DNA of 64,000 nucleotides from the NCBI GenBank assembly GCA_937858715.1, contig CALLZY010000042.1, forward strand, positions 55,271 through 119,270. The letters are read 5' to 3'. Below, in pieces: positions 15,140 through 25,531 of this stretch. The DNA comes from an uncultured Chitinophagaceae bacterium (GTDB lineage: Bacteria; Bacteroidota; Bacteroidia; Chitinophagales; Chitinophagaceae). The number at the start of each line of letters is the position of its first letter. The stretch's first letter is position 1. Below the pieces are notes generated by a model that ran no database searches, had not been told where the DNA came from, and worked only from the letters and a program-made list of their open reading frames with translations. Both the position numbers and the translations under genes were made by a program.

Positions 15140-17539
15140 TTGATTAAGTACAGGTTATTGGTATTTCTGCTGTTTTTGGTTCCGGTCTTTTCTTATGGCC
15201 AGGGTGTATTGTCTGGTAATGTTACCGACGAGAAGAAAAAGCCGTTGGAAGGAGTGACTGTTGAACTGATACCATTTGTGCAACAGGATAAAAAAACAAC
15301 GCAAACAGACAAGGAAGGGGAGTTTGGCTTAAACGATATTCCTTATGGTTATTATAAGCTGAAGCTGAGCTATGTGGGATTACAATCGCTGGATATAGAC
15401 AGCATCAATTTCAGGAAAGAAAGGGCCGACTTTAACCTGCCCGATTTGGTATTGAAAGCCAAAACCAATGATACGCTGGGCGAAGTGATAGTGTATGCAG
15501 AAAAGCCGCTGATACAGTCAAAAGAAGGCAATATCACTTTCAACGCTTCTGAATCCGCACTGGCCGCAGGAAGTAATGCCAGTGATTTGCTGACCAATGT
15601 GCCGCTGGTATCGAAAGACCCCGGTGGAAAGATTACAGTAAGAGGAAAAGAGCCGAAGATATTGATAGATGACAAGCCAGTAGTGCTGAACATGCAGCAG
15701 TTGCAGGACTTGCTTGAATCAATGCCCGGCAGTTCGATTGAAAAAATAGAAGTGATGACCAACCCGCCACCGCAATATGCCAATGAACAGGGCGGAGTAA
15801 TCAATATTGTTACCCGGAAAGGGAAAGTGGGCAAAAGCGGCAGGATAAACATATCTGCCGGAACAAGAGGTGAAACAGCTATCAGCGGTAACTATACCTA
15901 CCGTAAACAGGGATTTGCCCTGCACCTGATGGGCGGGCTTGGCTACAGCCGGCTGGAAGGCGAAGGCTACTCAACCCGGAATAATATCTATACTGATTCG
16001 TCAAACTACTTTAATACCACCAACAATTACCTGAACAAAGGCTGGCGGCCCAACTTCAGGGTGAATATGGATTACGATTTCAACAAGTACAGTTCGCTGA
16101 ATTTTGTGGTGCAGTATAATCAAAGCAAATATGATAACGTAAGTACCACTGAATATAAAAACATAAACCGTTTTGATGAAATTTACCGGCTCAGCCAGCG
16201 AACAATAACCAGTTCGGGCAACAGTTATACACCTTCAGCCTCGCTTTCATTTTTACACAGGGGAAAGAAACCCGGAGAGTCGTTTAAGATTATCACCAGC
16301 TCAAGTATATCGCCAGCTAAGTCGGACAGGGATTTCTACCAGCAGTATTTCAATCCTGATTATACACCCAAAGGAATTGATTCTACCCAGAAGCAGCTAA
16401 ATGATAACCGCAACAGTGCTCATAACGTTACAGTTGATTATAACCATCCGCTGAACGAGAAGAAAACATTTATGTCTGTTGGCGGATATTATAACCGGAG
16501 CAACAGCAGTGTAAATACAGATGCCAGCTACCTGAAAAAACCGGAAGGAGAGATGGTGTATTCGCCGCAGCTAAGCCGGGAATTTGATTTTCATCAGACT
16601 ATTGTAAACTTCAGGGCTTCCATCCGGCAGGTGATAAAAGAGAACTTCAGTGTAACAGTTGGTTCATCGGCAGAGCAAACGGCAATCTGGTTTGAGCTGT
16701 ATGACCAAAACCGTGATGTGAAGAATAACTACTGGACGTGGCTGCCTTTTGCAAATATTAACCGCAACTGGAAAGATAAACTGAACCTGACATTGGCTTA
16801 CCGCCGCAGCATAAGCAGGCCGGGCATCAACCACCTGAACCCGACGATTGACTTTGGCGACCCATATAATATCCGCTTTGGTAATGAAAACCTGGTGGCG
16901 GCCACTGCACACAACTTTGATTTTATATTGGGAAGAACCAAGACCACTTATTTTGTAAATCTTGGTCTTGGTTACAATATTGTTGAAGACGTTTTTGGAC
17001 AAGTGAGAACATTGCTTGCTGATGGCAAAACACAAATTACCTGGGAAAACATCAGCGGCAGAAAAGAGTACGAAGTAAGTGCCTGGGGTGGATTAACGAT
17101 TAGTAAAAAGCTGAGGTCGAATATGAGTGCCAGCTACAACTACAATGAGTATAGCAGTTTTGACAAAACGGTGAACCGCTATCGTAATGGTGGTTCTTTT
17201 ACATCAAATGCAAGTGCTGTTTATACTCCAAATGACCGGATGAGTTTTACAGGGAGTTTTAATTTCAACCGTTTTGCTAACCCACAGGGATATGCCCGCT
17301 GGAACTGGAGTATGAATCTGGGTATTCAACGCAGATTTTTCCAAAAGAGACTTTCTGTTACGCTGAATGTGATAGATCCTTTTTCTCAGAAGAATACTAA
17401 TTATACTTATGGCTCAAACTTTGTGCTGTACAGTTATAATAATGCAAGGACAAAGAACTACAGGATAAACCTGGGCTACAACTTTACAAAAACTCCCAAA
17501 AAGAAACCGTCAATAGTTCTGCCTAAAACCAATAAATAG
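15140..17539 (+). CDS. TonB-dependent receptor / outer-membrane beta-barrel family protein
   Basis: Carboxypeptidase-regulatory-like N-terminus, plug IEKIEVMTNPPPQYANEQGGVINIV, C-terminal YNF. Confidence 0.9.
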   Translation: MIKYRLLVFLLFLVPVFSYGQGVLSGNVTDEKKKPLEGVTVELIPFVQQDKKTTQTDKEGEFGLNDIPYGYYKLKLSYVGLQSLDIDSINFRKERADFNLPDLVLKAKTNDTLGEVIVYAEKPLIQSKEGNITFNASESALAAGSNASDLLTNVPLVSKDPGGKITVRGKEPKILIDDKPVVLNMQQLQDLLESMPGSSIEKIEVMTNPPPQYANEQGGVINIVTRKGKVGKSGRINISAGTRGETAISGNYTYRKQGFALHLMGGLGYSRLEGEGYSTRNNIYTDSSNYFNTTNNYLNKGWRPNFRVNMDYDFNKYSSLNFVVQYNQSKYDNVSTTEYKNINRFDEIYRLSQRTITSSGNSYTPSASLSFLHRGKKPGESFKIITSSSISPAKSDRDFYQQYFNPDYTPKGIDSTQKQLNDNRNSAHNVTVDYNHPLNEKKTFMSVGGYYNRSNSSVNTDASYLKKPEGEMVYSPQLSREFDFHQTIVNFRASIRQVIKENFSVTVGSSAEQTAIWFELYDQNRDVKNNYWTWLPFANINRNWKDKLNLTLAYRRSISRPGINHLNPTIDFGDPYNIRFGNENLVAATAHNFDFILGRTKTTYFVNLGLGYNIVEDVFGQVRTLLADGKTQITWENISGRKEYEVSAWGGLTISKKLRSNMSASYNYNEYSSFDKTVNRYRNGGSFTSNASAVYTPNDRMSFTGSFNFNRFANPQGYARWNWSMNLGIQRRFFQKRLSVTLNVIDPFSQKNTNYTYGSNFVLYSYNNARTKNYRINLGYNFTKTPKKKPSIVLPKTNK

Positions 17540-17596
17540 ATTTTTAAAACCGGGTATCATTTTCTGTTTTAACTTGTGTGTCAAATTAAACAGGAG

Positions 17597-18925
17597 ATGA
17601 AACGAATCTGCGCTTTACTTGCCGGTGCGATAATATCTGCACAACTCTTTGCACAAACATATACACCAACAGAAGATAACCTTGCCAGCCGCAAGCAGTT
17701 TCAGGATGATAAATTCGGGATGTTTATACACTGGGGTGCATCCAGTGTGCTGGGGCATGGTGAGTGGGTGATGAACAACAGGAATATACAGGTGAATGAT
17801 TACCGGCGTTTAATCAACGTATTTAATCCGCAAAATTTTGATGCAGCCAAATGGGTGGCTGCCGCCAAATCAGCCGGAATGAAATACATTACGTTCATTA
17901 CCCGTCATCATGATGGCTTCAGCAACTGGGATACCAAACAATCGGACTGGAAGATAACCAACACACCATACGGAAAAGATGTATTGAAGATGCTGGCTGA
18001 AGAATGCCATAAGCAGGGAATAAAACTGTTCTGCTATTACTCGCTGCTTGATTGGTACCGCGGCGATTACCAGTATGAAACCGGGAGAACCGGAAAAGGA
18101 ACAGGCCGCACAGAAAAAAGTAACTGGGAAAGCTATATCAGTTTTATGAAAGCACAGTTAACAGAAATCCTTACTAATTATGGTGAAATTTCAGGCATTT
18201 GGTTCGACGGGCATTGGGATCAGTTGGATAACGATAATGACAAAGCACTCAAGTCAAAAGTGAACTGGCACTATGATGAAATTTACCAGCTTATTCATAA
18301 ACTACAGCCAAAATGTTTAATCAGCAATAATCATCACCTTACGCCATTGCCCGGTGAAGATTACCAGGCATTTGAAAAAGATTTGCCCGGCCACAACACT
18401 ACAGGATTCGGAGGAGCTTCTGTATCTGAGCTCCCGATGGAAACCTGCGAAACAATGAATGACAGCTGGGGTTATAATATTACAGACAGGCGGTACAAAT
18501 CGGTGAAGAACCTGGTGCAATACTTAGTGAAAGCGGCAGGTTATAATGCCAACTTTCTGCTGAATGTGGGCCCTATGGCTGATGGAACCATACAGCCGGA
18601 GTTTACAGATACGTTGGCTGCATTAGGAAAATGGATGGCGAAAAATGGCGAAACGGTTTATGGCACAAGAGGAAATGTTGTTCCGCCAAAGGACTGGGGT
18701 GTGGTTACATTGAAGGAGAAAACTGCTTACCTGCATATACTCGACAAACCAGAGCAACCCGGTTTTCTGTTTATCCCTGAACTGAAAGAAAAAATCAACA
18801 AGGCAAAATTGTTTGCTACCGGAAAAGAAGTAAAATTTAAGCAACAGCCCGAAGGCACTTTCGTTTATCTTGATGGAATAATATTAGATGAAACAGATAC
18901 AATTATCCAGGTAGATTTGAAATAA
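17597..18925 (+). CDS. Alpha-L-fucosidase (GH29)
   Basis: KFGMFIHWG, TRHHDGF, WFDGHW, ETCETMNDSWGY, NFLLNVGP; signal peptide. Confidence 0.92.
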   Translation: MKRICALLAGAIISAQLFAQTYTPTEDNLASRKQFQDDKFGMFIHWGASSVLGHGEWVMNNRNIQVNDYRRLINVFNPQNFDAAKWVAAAKSAGMKYITFITRHHDGFSNWDTKQSDWKITNTPYGKDVLKMLAEECHKQGIKLFCYYSLLDWYRGDYQYETGRTGKGTGRTEKSNWESYISFMKAQLTEILTNYGEISGIWFDGHWDQLDNDNDKALKSKVNWHYDEIYQLIHKLQPKCLISNNHHLTPLPGEDYQAFEKDLPGHNTTGFGGASVSELPMETCETMNDSWGYNITDRRYKSVKNLVQYLVKAAGYNANFLLNVGPMADGTIQPEFTDTLAALGKWMAKNGETVYGTRGNVVPPKDWGVVTLKEKTAYLHILDKPEQPGFLFIPELKEKINKAKLFATGKEVKFKQQPEGTFVYLDGIILDETDTIIQVDLK

Positions 18926-18932
18926 GGAGAAG

Positions 18933-19005
18933 AGCGGAAGACGGGACTCGAACCCGCTACCTACAGCTTGGGAAGCTGTCGCTCTACCAGGTGAGCTACT
19001 TCCGC
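18933..19005 (-). tRNA. tRNA-Gly(CCC); CCA not encoded
   Basis: GCGGAAG/CTTCCGC acceptor stem, ACAGC-TTCCCAA-GCTGT anticodon arm, GGTTCGAGTCC T arm, U73. Confidence 0.97.
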
Positions 19006-19019
19006 TTGTTTTGTAAAGT

Positions 19020-19538
19020 TTAATCAGCAGCCTGTGAAAAAGAAATCCTTTTTGCCAGCCAGCTTTCTTTTAATGGAATTATCCAGTTGCTTTCCAATTC
19101 AGCCCTGGTTGCCACCAGGTTGTTGAAGTAAAGTGTATCGCTGTTAATAAAACCATTGTCAGCAGCATATTGTACCTGCTGCATTGGCAATAGTTGTATT
19201 TTATCCTTTACAATAAAAGCTAAACTGGTACGGTCAAACATATTTACACCAAAGCGTTGTTCAATTTCTTTAATCATCCGTACAGAGGTATCGGTGCTGC
19301 AGCCTCCAACAGTAGTTGCAGTTTCATCAGCGATTAGGACAATAAACTGGCCAAAAAACAGATGTGCTTCACCTTTTACTGCAGCGCCGTGGCTGGTCCA
19401 TTTGCTGATGAAATCTTTCAGCAGGTCTTCAATTTCAAGGGCTTCACCCATTGAAAAAAGCCGGTTGCACTGGTACACCCACACTTTGGAGCCGGGATGA
19501 AAATTACCGTCAAGAAGGTATTTGAATTCAAGGTTCAT
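19020..19538 (-). CDS. Conserved Bacteroidota hypothetical protein
   Basis: SKVWVYQCNR, WTSHGA, GGCSTD, FDRTSLAF motifs. Confidence 0.8.
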   Translation of the reverse strand: MNLEFKYLLDGNFHPGSKVWVYQCNRLFSMGEALEIEDLLKDFISKWTSHGAAVKGEAHLFFGQFIVLIADETATTVGGCSTDTSVRMIKEIEQRFGVNMFDRTSLAFIVKDKIQLLPMQQVQYAADNGFINSDTLYFNNLVATRAELESNWIIPLKESWLAKRISFSQAAD

Positions 19539-19568
19539 GCCGCTAATTTACAACCAAATATTGTCCTG

Positions 19569-19949
19569 ATGCAAGAAACTAAAGCAACTACTGAAGATGT
19601 GATAGCCCGTTGGGTGTATTTGCCTGAGGAATGGCGGCAATTCAGGCTTTGGCAGGCAAGAAAAAAAGGCTGGCTTTCAGGTATGTTATGCAAGCTGAAG
19701 AGTTACCGAAATAAAGAAATGGCAGTTGTAACCATCGGGCCATCAGAAGTAATGATAAATAATGAACGGTTATCTATTTCGGTTACAGGCAGGCAAAAAA
19801 GACGGGTGGATATCCGTGATGCCGGCAAGATGAACATATTATGTATATGTAATGACGATACATCAAATCATGGGCATTCAATACAGGTGCCTGTACCCAA
19901 AGGGAAACTGCGGGAGGCGGTGGAGGTGTTAAGAAGGTTAGAGACCTGA
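19569..19949 (+). CDS. Hypothetical protein
   Basis: ORF; start moved to MQETK to avoid overlap with the divergent gene. Confidence 0.5.
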   Translation: MQETKATTEDVIARWVYLPEEWRQFRLWQARKKGWLSGMLCKLKSYRNKEMAVVTIGPSEVMINNERLSISVTGRQKRRVDIRDAGKMNILCICNDDTSNHGHSIQVPVPKGKLREAVEVLRRLET

Positions 19950-20177
19950 TTTTTCGCCCCTTTGTTTATCAATGTAATCTCCCCAGGTAAACCATAAACT
20001 AATCAATAACCCTGTTGTGATATTTCGCAGTGTTGTTGATGTGCTGAACTCAGTTTCAGCATCGAACAGATAAAAAAGAAAGTTGACAAAAATACTAACC
20101 CCGGCAAAAGTTAAAAACCATTTGCCAAATAATTTCCAATTGAACGTTTTCCAGAAACCTTTTTTTATTTTGTCCAT
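19938..20177 (-). CDS. Small two-TM hypothetical protein
   Basis: Two hydrophobic segments; follows the CCG-domain gene. Confidence 0.5.
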   Translation of the reverse strand: MDKIKKGFWKTFNWKLFGKWFLTFAGVSIFVNFLFYLFDAETEFSTSTTLRNITTGLLISLWFTWGDYIDKQRGEKSGL

Positions 20178-20178
20178 A

Positions 20179-20964
20179 TCAGTTGCTTTCAATTGCCTGG
20201 GCAATTAATTCAGCAATATCCAGCACTTGTACACTTTCTTCTTTTTCGGCCAGTTTTACACCGTCAGTCATCATCGTATTGCAAAAAGGGCAGGCAGATG
20301 CAATTACTTCAGCACCGGTGCCTATAGCTTCATTGCTGCGTTCAATATTAATGCGGGTAGTGCCTTTCTCTTCTTCTTTAAACATTTGTGCGCCACCGGC
20401 ACCGCAACACATGCCATTGCTGCGGCAGCGTTTCATTTCCACCAGTTCGGCCTTCAAAGCTTCCAGTACTTTGCGGGGCGCATCGTAAATATCATTTGCC
20501 CGGCCTAAATAGCAACTGTCGTGGTAGGTTATCTTTTTGTTCTTCAGGTCAGAGTCCTCTTTCAGCCTGATCTTTCCATCGTCAAGCAGTTGCTGTAGCA
20601 AAGTGGTGTGATGGATAACTTCGTAAGTTCCGCCGAGGGCCGGGTATTCATTCTTCAGCGTATTATAGCAATGAGGGCAGGCCGTAACAATTTTCTTTAT
20701 TCCATAATTATTCAATACCTGGATGTTCTGGTAAGCCATCATCTGAAAAGCAAATTCATTGCCGGCACGGCGAACCGGGTCACCGGTACACATTTCCTCT
20801 TTGCCAAGGATGGCATAATTAATTCCGGCCTTATCAAGTATCAGTGCAAATGCTTTGGTTATTTTTTGTGCCCTCTGGTCAAAACTGCCGGCGCAGCCCA
20901 CCCAAAAAAGGATATCAGGGCTTTCGCCATTGGCAAACATTTCAGCAACCGTACGAACCTGCAT
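20179..20964 (-). CDS. CCG-domain Fe-S protein (GlpC/HdrD C-terminal-like)
   Basis: WVGCAGS, CTGDP, TACPHC, YHDSCYLGR, CCGAGG, ASACPFC. Confidence 0.9.
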   Translation of the reverse strand: MQVRTVAEMFANGESPDILFWVGCAGSFDQRAQKITKAFALILDKAGINYAILGKEEMCTGDPVRRAGNEFAFQMMAYQNIQVLNNYGIKKIVTACPHCYNTLKNEYPALGGTYEVIHHTTLLQQLLDDGKIRLKEDSDLKNKKITYHDSCYLGRANDIYDAPRKVLEALKAELVEMKRCRSNGMCCGAGGAQMFKEEEKGTTRINIERSNEAIGTGAEVIASACPFCNTMMTDGVKLAEKEESVQVLDIAELIAQAIESN

Positions 20965-21055
20965 GAAGTATAATTTCCTTCAAAGCTAAAAGAAAAAGGC
21001 ATTTGATACACATAACAGAAATTCTTTCCTTTATTTTGCCGGGAAGTAAAAACGG

Positions 21056-22093
21056 ATGAAGAAATTTTTTCAAAAAATAACTAACTGGGAACTCTGGAAT
21101 TTTTATGTACTGTATTTTCCAATCAGTCCGTACTGGTTCTGGAACTGCCTGAAGAGCGGTTCTTTCTGGTATTTCAGTTCATCCAATCCGACCATTACTT
21201 TCGGTGGTTTTGAAGGCGAGGGCAAGAAAGAAATGTATGAGCAATTGCCGCCGCACCTGGTGCCTAAGACAATTTACATCATGCATGACCTGCCTTTTGA
21301 AGAGGTTCTTAAAAAAGTACAGGAGGCGGGGTTCTCGTATCCTTTCATTGCTAAACCTGATGTAGGGATGAAAGGGATTTTGTTCCGCAAAATAGAAGAT
21401 GAGGCTCACCTGCGAAAATATCATGAGCATATCCCGGTTGAATACATTATCCAGGATTTGATTGAATTGCCTGTTGAGGTAAGTGTGTTTTATTACCGAT
21501 ATCCCTGGGAGCAAAAAGGAGTGGTGAGCGGATTTATTCATAAAGAACTGTTGCAGGTAAAAGGCGACGGAACTTCAACCTTAAAACAATTGGTAGAGGC
21601 TCACCCGAGGGCCAAGTTCAGGATGGAGGAGATGCAGCACCGGCATAGCCACAGGTTTGACAGGGTGATACCGGAAGGTGATATTTTTTATCTTTCATAT
21701 GCAGGCAATCATAACCGGGGGGCACACTTTACCAATCTGCATAATGAGATTGATGAAGGTATGCACAAAGTTTTTGATGAACTGAGCCATTACACCGATA
21801 AATTCTTTTACGGCAGGTACGATATTAAGACTACTTCGATAGAAGATTTAAAGCAGGGAAAGAACTTTCAGATTATTGAATTTAACGGTTGTGGTGCTGA
21901 GCCTAATCATATCTACGATTGCGGGATGAGCATCTGGCAGGCCTATAAAGTCTTGTTGCACCACTGGAAAGTACTATACAAAATCAGCCGCTATAACCAT
22001 AAAAACGGCACTCCTTACTGGTCGTTTAAGCGGGGCCTGAGGTTTTTGAAAGATGCCCGTGCCCATTTCAAAATGCTTGAAAAGTTTGATTAA
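21056..22093 (+). CDS. ATP-grasp-like protein
   Basis: FIAKPDVGMKG, YIIQD, GDG.STL, GRYDIK, IIEFNG. Confidence 0.75.
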   Translation: MKKFFQKITNWELWNFYVLYFPISPYWFWNCLKSGSFWYFSSSNPTITFGGFEGEGKKEMYEQLPPHLVPKTIYIMHDLPFEEVLKKVQEAGFSYPFIAKPDVGMKGILFRKIEDEAHLRKYHEHIPVEYIIQDLIELPVEVSVFYYRYPWEQKGVVSGFIHKELLQVKGDGTSTLKQLVEAHPRAKFRMEEMQHRHSHRFDRVIPEGDIFYLSYAGNHNRGAHFTNLHNEIDEGMHKVFDELSHYTDKFFYGRYDIKTTSIEDLKQGKNFQIIEFNGCGAEPNHIYDCGMSIWQAYKVLLHHWKVLYKISRYNHKNGTPYWSFKRGLRFLKDARAHFKMLEKFD

Positions 22094-22172
22094 GTATTAA
22101 TGATTTATAGCTTATAGACAAAGCCGCAGGGCTCAGCTTCCCATATCGCTTTACTCGTTGTATATTCGCTGT

Positions 22173-22925
22173 ATGCAAAAACTGGTAAAGATATTTTTTA
22201 TTGGAATGCTCATCAGCTTTCTCGGTTCTCTGCCATTGGGAACGCTGAATATCGCCGCCATGCAGATATCTATCTCAGATGGTGTTAATGCAGCTTTGCT
22301 TTTCTCAGTGGGTTCTTTGCTGGCCGAAATTATTTATGTACGCCTCTCACTTGTGGCGATGGACTGGATTCGTAAACAGGAAAGAATATTCAAAATACTT
22401 GAATGGATTACACTTCTTGTGGTGCTGGCACTTGCAGCAGCCAGTTTTTATTCTGCAATGCATCCGTCCGAAGAGAAGAATGTAATTCTGAGCAGTACAT
22501 TACCTAAGTTCATTTTAGGATTTACCATGAGTGCTGTTAACCCGGTTCAGATACCGTTCTGGTTTGGCTGGAGTACTGTTTTGTTTACAAAAAAAGTTCT
22601 TTTGCCGAAACGTTCTCATTATAATACTTATATAATCGGAATTGGCATCGGAACTTATATTGGAAATCTTGTTTTTATCTATGGTGGCCGGGCAATTGCG
22701 GATAAGATTCAAAACAATCAGCATGTCCTGAACTGGATTATTGGCGGAATATTTGCAATAACGGCCCTGATCCAGGTCTGGAAAATGGTTAAGAAAAAAG
22801 ATGCTGTTCACAAAATTGAACACCCGGAAGAAGTGGCAGAGAAATTTGCTGTTCAAATGGAAAAATTTGAAGAGAAGATGACTAAAGGGAATGGAAATAA
22901 ACATCAGAATAATAAAGAAAATTAA
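22173..22925 (+). CDS. LysE-family transporter
   Basis: SFLGSLPLGTLN, SAVNPVQIPFW; multiple TM segments. Confidence 0.85.
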   Translation: MQKLVKIFFIGMLISFLGSLPLGTLNIAAMQISISDGVNAALLFSVGSLLAEIIYVRLSLVAMDWIRKQERIFKILEWITLLVVLALAAASFYSAMHPSEEKNVILSSTLPKFILGFTMSAVNPVQIPFWFGWSTVLFTKKVLLPKRSHYNTYIIGIGIGTYIGNLVFIYGGRAIADKIQNNQHVLNWIIGGIFAITALIQVWKMVKKKDAVHKIEHPEEVAEKFAVQMEKFEEKMTKGNGNKHQNNKEN

Positions 22926-22935
22926 ATAACAAACT

Positions 22936-23427
22936 ATGGCAATAAAAGACTTACTTATTCCCGAATGGGAAAACGAAATCAAGATAACCCGGCGGATGCT
23001 GGAACGGGTACCTTTTGAGGAAGGAGACTGGAAGCCTCACGAAAAATCATTTACGCTTGGCCGGCTGTCCACCCATGTGGCAGAGATACCAGGCTGGTTA
23101 ACCATGACACTTACAACCAATGAACTGGATTTCGCCGCAGGCGGAAAGCCAAACAAACCAGCAACCAAAGAAGAATTGATTCAGTTGTTTGAAACAGAAG
23201 CTGCAAAAGCTACTGCCTTATTACTGGAGGCAACTGATGAGAATTTTCAAAGCAACTGGACATTGAGAAATGGGGAAACAATCTATTTTACACTTCCAAA
23301 AACAGCTGTTGTCAGGAACTGGGTTTTAAATCATATTGTCCACCACAGAGCACAACTTTCTGTTTATTTACGTTTACTGGATGTACCTGTTCCGGGTGTG
23401 TATGGCCCCAGTGCTGATGAGTTTTAG
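22936..23427 (+). CDS. DinB-family protein
   Basis: WKPHEKS, LSTHVAE, NHIVHHRAQLSVYLR. Confidence 0.9.
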   Translation: MAIKDLLIPEWENEIKITRRMLERVPFEEGDWKPHEKSFTLGRLSTHVAEIPGWLTMTLTTNELDFAAGGKPNKPATKEELIQLFETEAAKATALLLEATDENFQSNWTLRNGETIYFTLPKTAVVRNWVLNHIVHHRAQLSVYLRLLDVPVPGVYGPSADEF

Positions 23428-23960
23428 GGATTAAAACGGTAACCGGCAGAAAGGGAAGGGATGATTCTTCCTCCGTTGTCTTCATCAAGTGAATGATAAT
23501 CGTTACTGAATTTAATAGTGCGGCCGTACCCCACGGAAGGTGCAACGAAATATCTGTCTGCAAATAGAAAATGATAGCCAGCTTCGGCCCAAGGGGTAAT
23601 GAAGAGGCTGTTGTTTTTTGTTTGTCCTTCAAAGTTTTCTAATGAAAACAATATTCTTGCCCCTGCAAAAGGGCTGTTGCCATAGACTTTGTCAGTAAAA
23701 GAATAACGGTAGCCGAAATAAAGGCCCAATCCCCTTGATACAGAATAAGATTTGGATGAAGCCAGCTGATAGGTAATGCCGGCCGAGAAACTGCTTTTAC
23801 CGTTGTTAAACGATTCGCCACGGGCAGCTACTTTGGTGTGGTTATAGCCTTTTCCAAAAGAACGGATGTATTCAGCGCCAACCTCCATGGGATTTTGTGC
23901 ATATTCATGCAAAGAAGTAGTTATAAATGCAAAAAGGAACAGAGATTTTTTTTTCATCAT
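23424..23960 (-). CDS. Small outer-membrane beta-barrel protein
   Basis: Signal peptide, alternating aromatic strands, terminal AGYRF. Confidence 0.7.
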   Translation of the reverse strand: MMKKKSLFLFAFITTSLHEYAQNPMEVGAEYIRSFGKGYNHTKVAARGESFNNGKSSFSAGITYQLASSKSYSVSRGLGLYFGYRYSFTDKVYGNSPFAGARILFSLENFEGQTKNNSLFITPWAEAGYHFLFADRYFVAPSVGYGRTIKFSNDYHSLDEDNGGRIIPSLSAGYRFNP

Positions 23961-24152
23961 TTATTAACGGAATAACTAAAAGAATATTTTCCTTAAGTCT
24001 TAATCAACAATGAACTATTTACAGCCAGTTGCTGTGTAAGCATGAAGGTTCATTATTATCGCCAACGAATCAGCAAAGCCTATTTTTTGTTATTAGGGAC
24101 AGTTTATAGTTTGAAACGGGAAATGACTCAATTTCATAATATAGTGATTCTT

Positions 24153-25478
24153 TTAGGCATTTACCTCAGATATCCACTTATCCCTTTCGTCAGGGCTGAA
24201 TTGCCATGGGGCAAAGTTGTTCTCCACATTGCTGAACATGGCTGTCCATTCCTGCGGTGAATTGCTTTCCTCCATTACCAGGTAACGGCGTAGTTGTAAA
24301 ATAATATCGAGTGGGTTTATGCTTACCGGGCATTCCTGTACACAGGCGTTACAGGTGGTGCAGGCCCGAAGTTCTTCAACAGAAATGTAATCATGTATCA
24401 ATGATCTTCCGTCCTCTTTGATTTCTTTATGCCGGTTGATATTTCTTCCCACTTCCTCAAGCCTGTCACGGGTCATCATCATTATTTTCCGTGGTGAAAG
24501 TTGTTTTCCTGTCTGATTAGCCGGACAGGCAGCAGTGCAACGACCACATTCTGTACAACTGTAGGCATCCATGAGGTTTTTCCAGCTTAGGTCGGTTACA
24601 TCTTTCGCTCCAAATTTTTGGGGTGGTGCCTGCTCGCCGGTTGGAGCCAGTTCAGGCTGCATGGCATATAATACTTCATTCTGTACCGATGGCATGTTCT
24701 CCATTTCACCCATTGGCTTCAGGCTGGCGTAATACGCATTGGGAAAAGCCAGTACAATATGCAGGTGCTTGGAGTAAGGCAGGTAGTTAAGAAATGCGAA
24801 GATACCGGCGATATGCAGCCACCAGCATAGCCTTTCAACAGTAATCAAAAAGCTATCGCTGTAGCCACTCATCAGCGGATGCAGGTATTGCGATATGATG
24901 AAATTGCCGGTTGGGTTAGCCGCATAATGCTCTGAACCCCGCATTTGAAGAAGCGTATCAGCGGCATTCATTTTCAGAAACAGCGACATCAGAATGATTT
25001 CAGTAATAAGGATAAAATTGGCATCGCTGCGGGGCCAGCCGTTAAGGTCGCTGCTTTTGAAACGAGGCAGGCGGATAATATTTCTTCTTACTAAAAAGAT
25101 GATACAGGTTATAAGTACAAGCAGTGCCAGTACTTCAAATACGTTAATCAGGAAAATATAGAAGTTTCCAAGCGGTGCTGCAAAGAGGCGGTGTTTTCCG
25201 GTAATGCCGTCAAGTATAATTTCAAGCACTTCAATGTTAATGATGATAAATCCGCCATACACTACAAAATGCAGTAATGCCACAAGCGGATTACGGAACA
25301 TTTTTTTTTGACCAAGGGCCAGCAACAGCACATTCTTCCAACGCCGGCTTTTGTTGTCATTAATGATTTCGTTGCGGCCAATATGGATGTTGCGGCCAAT
25401 TTCCTTTACTTTTTTTGTAAAAAGAAAAATAGCTGTGGCACTGAGAAGTACAAAAAGAATTTGCTGAACAATTAGCAT
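24153..25478 (-). CDS. Membrane-bound 4Fe-4S dicluster oxidoreductase subunit
   Basis: TM region, YSKHLH, CTECGRCTAACP and CTTCNACVQECP. Confidence 0.9.
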   Translation of the reverse strand: MLIVQQILFVLLSATAIFLFTKKVKEIGRNIHIGRNEIINDNKSRRWKNVLLLALGQKKMFRNPLVALLHFVVYGGFIIINIEVLEIILDGITGKHRLFAAPLGNFYIFLINVFEVLALLVLITCIIFLVRRNIIRLPRFKSSDLNGWPRSDANFILITEIILMSLFLKMNAADTLLQMRGSEHYAANPTGNFIISQYLHPLMSGYSDSFLITVERLCWWLHIAGIFAFLNYLPYSKHLHIVLAFPNAYYASLKPMGEMENMPSVQNEVLYAMQPELAPTGEQAPPQKFGAKDVTDLSWKNLMDAYSCTECGRCTAACPANQTGKQLSPRKIMMMTRDRLEEVGRNINRHKEIKEDGRSLIHDYISVEELRACTTCNACVQECPVSINPLDIILQLRRYLVMEESNSPQEWTAMFSNVENNFAPWQFSPDERDKWISEVNA

Positions 25479-25531
25479 AGCAGTTTTTTACACTGCTAAT
25501 TTACGGGATTGGTTTCGAGTACCAATGTTTG

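Noticed and set aside
18933-20204. tRNA-anchored genomic island or prophage
   Set aside because: No integrase and no duplicated tRNA 3' end found; the flanking genes look chromosomal
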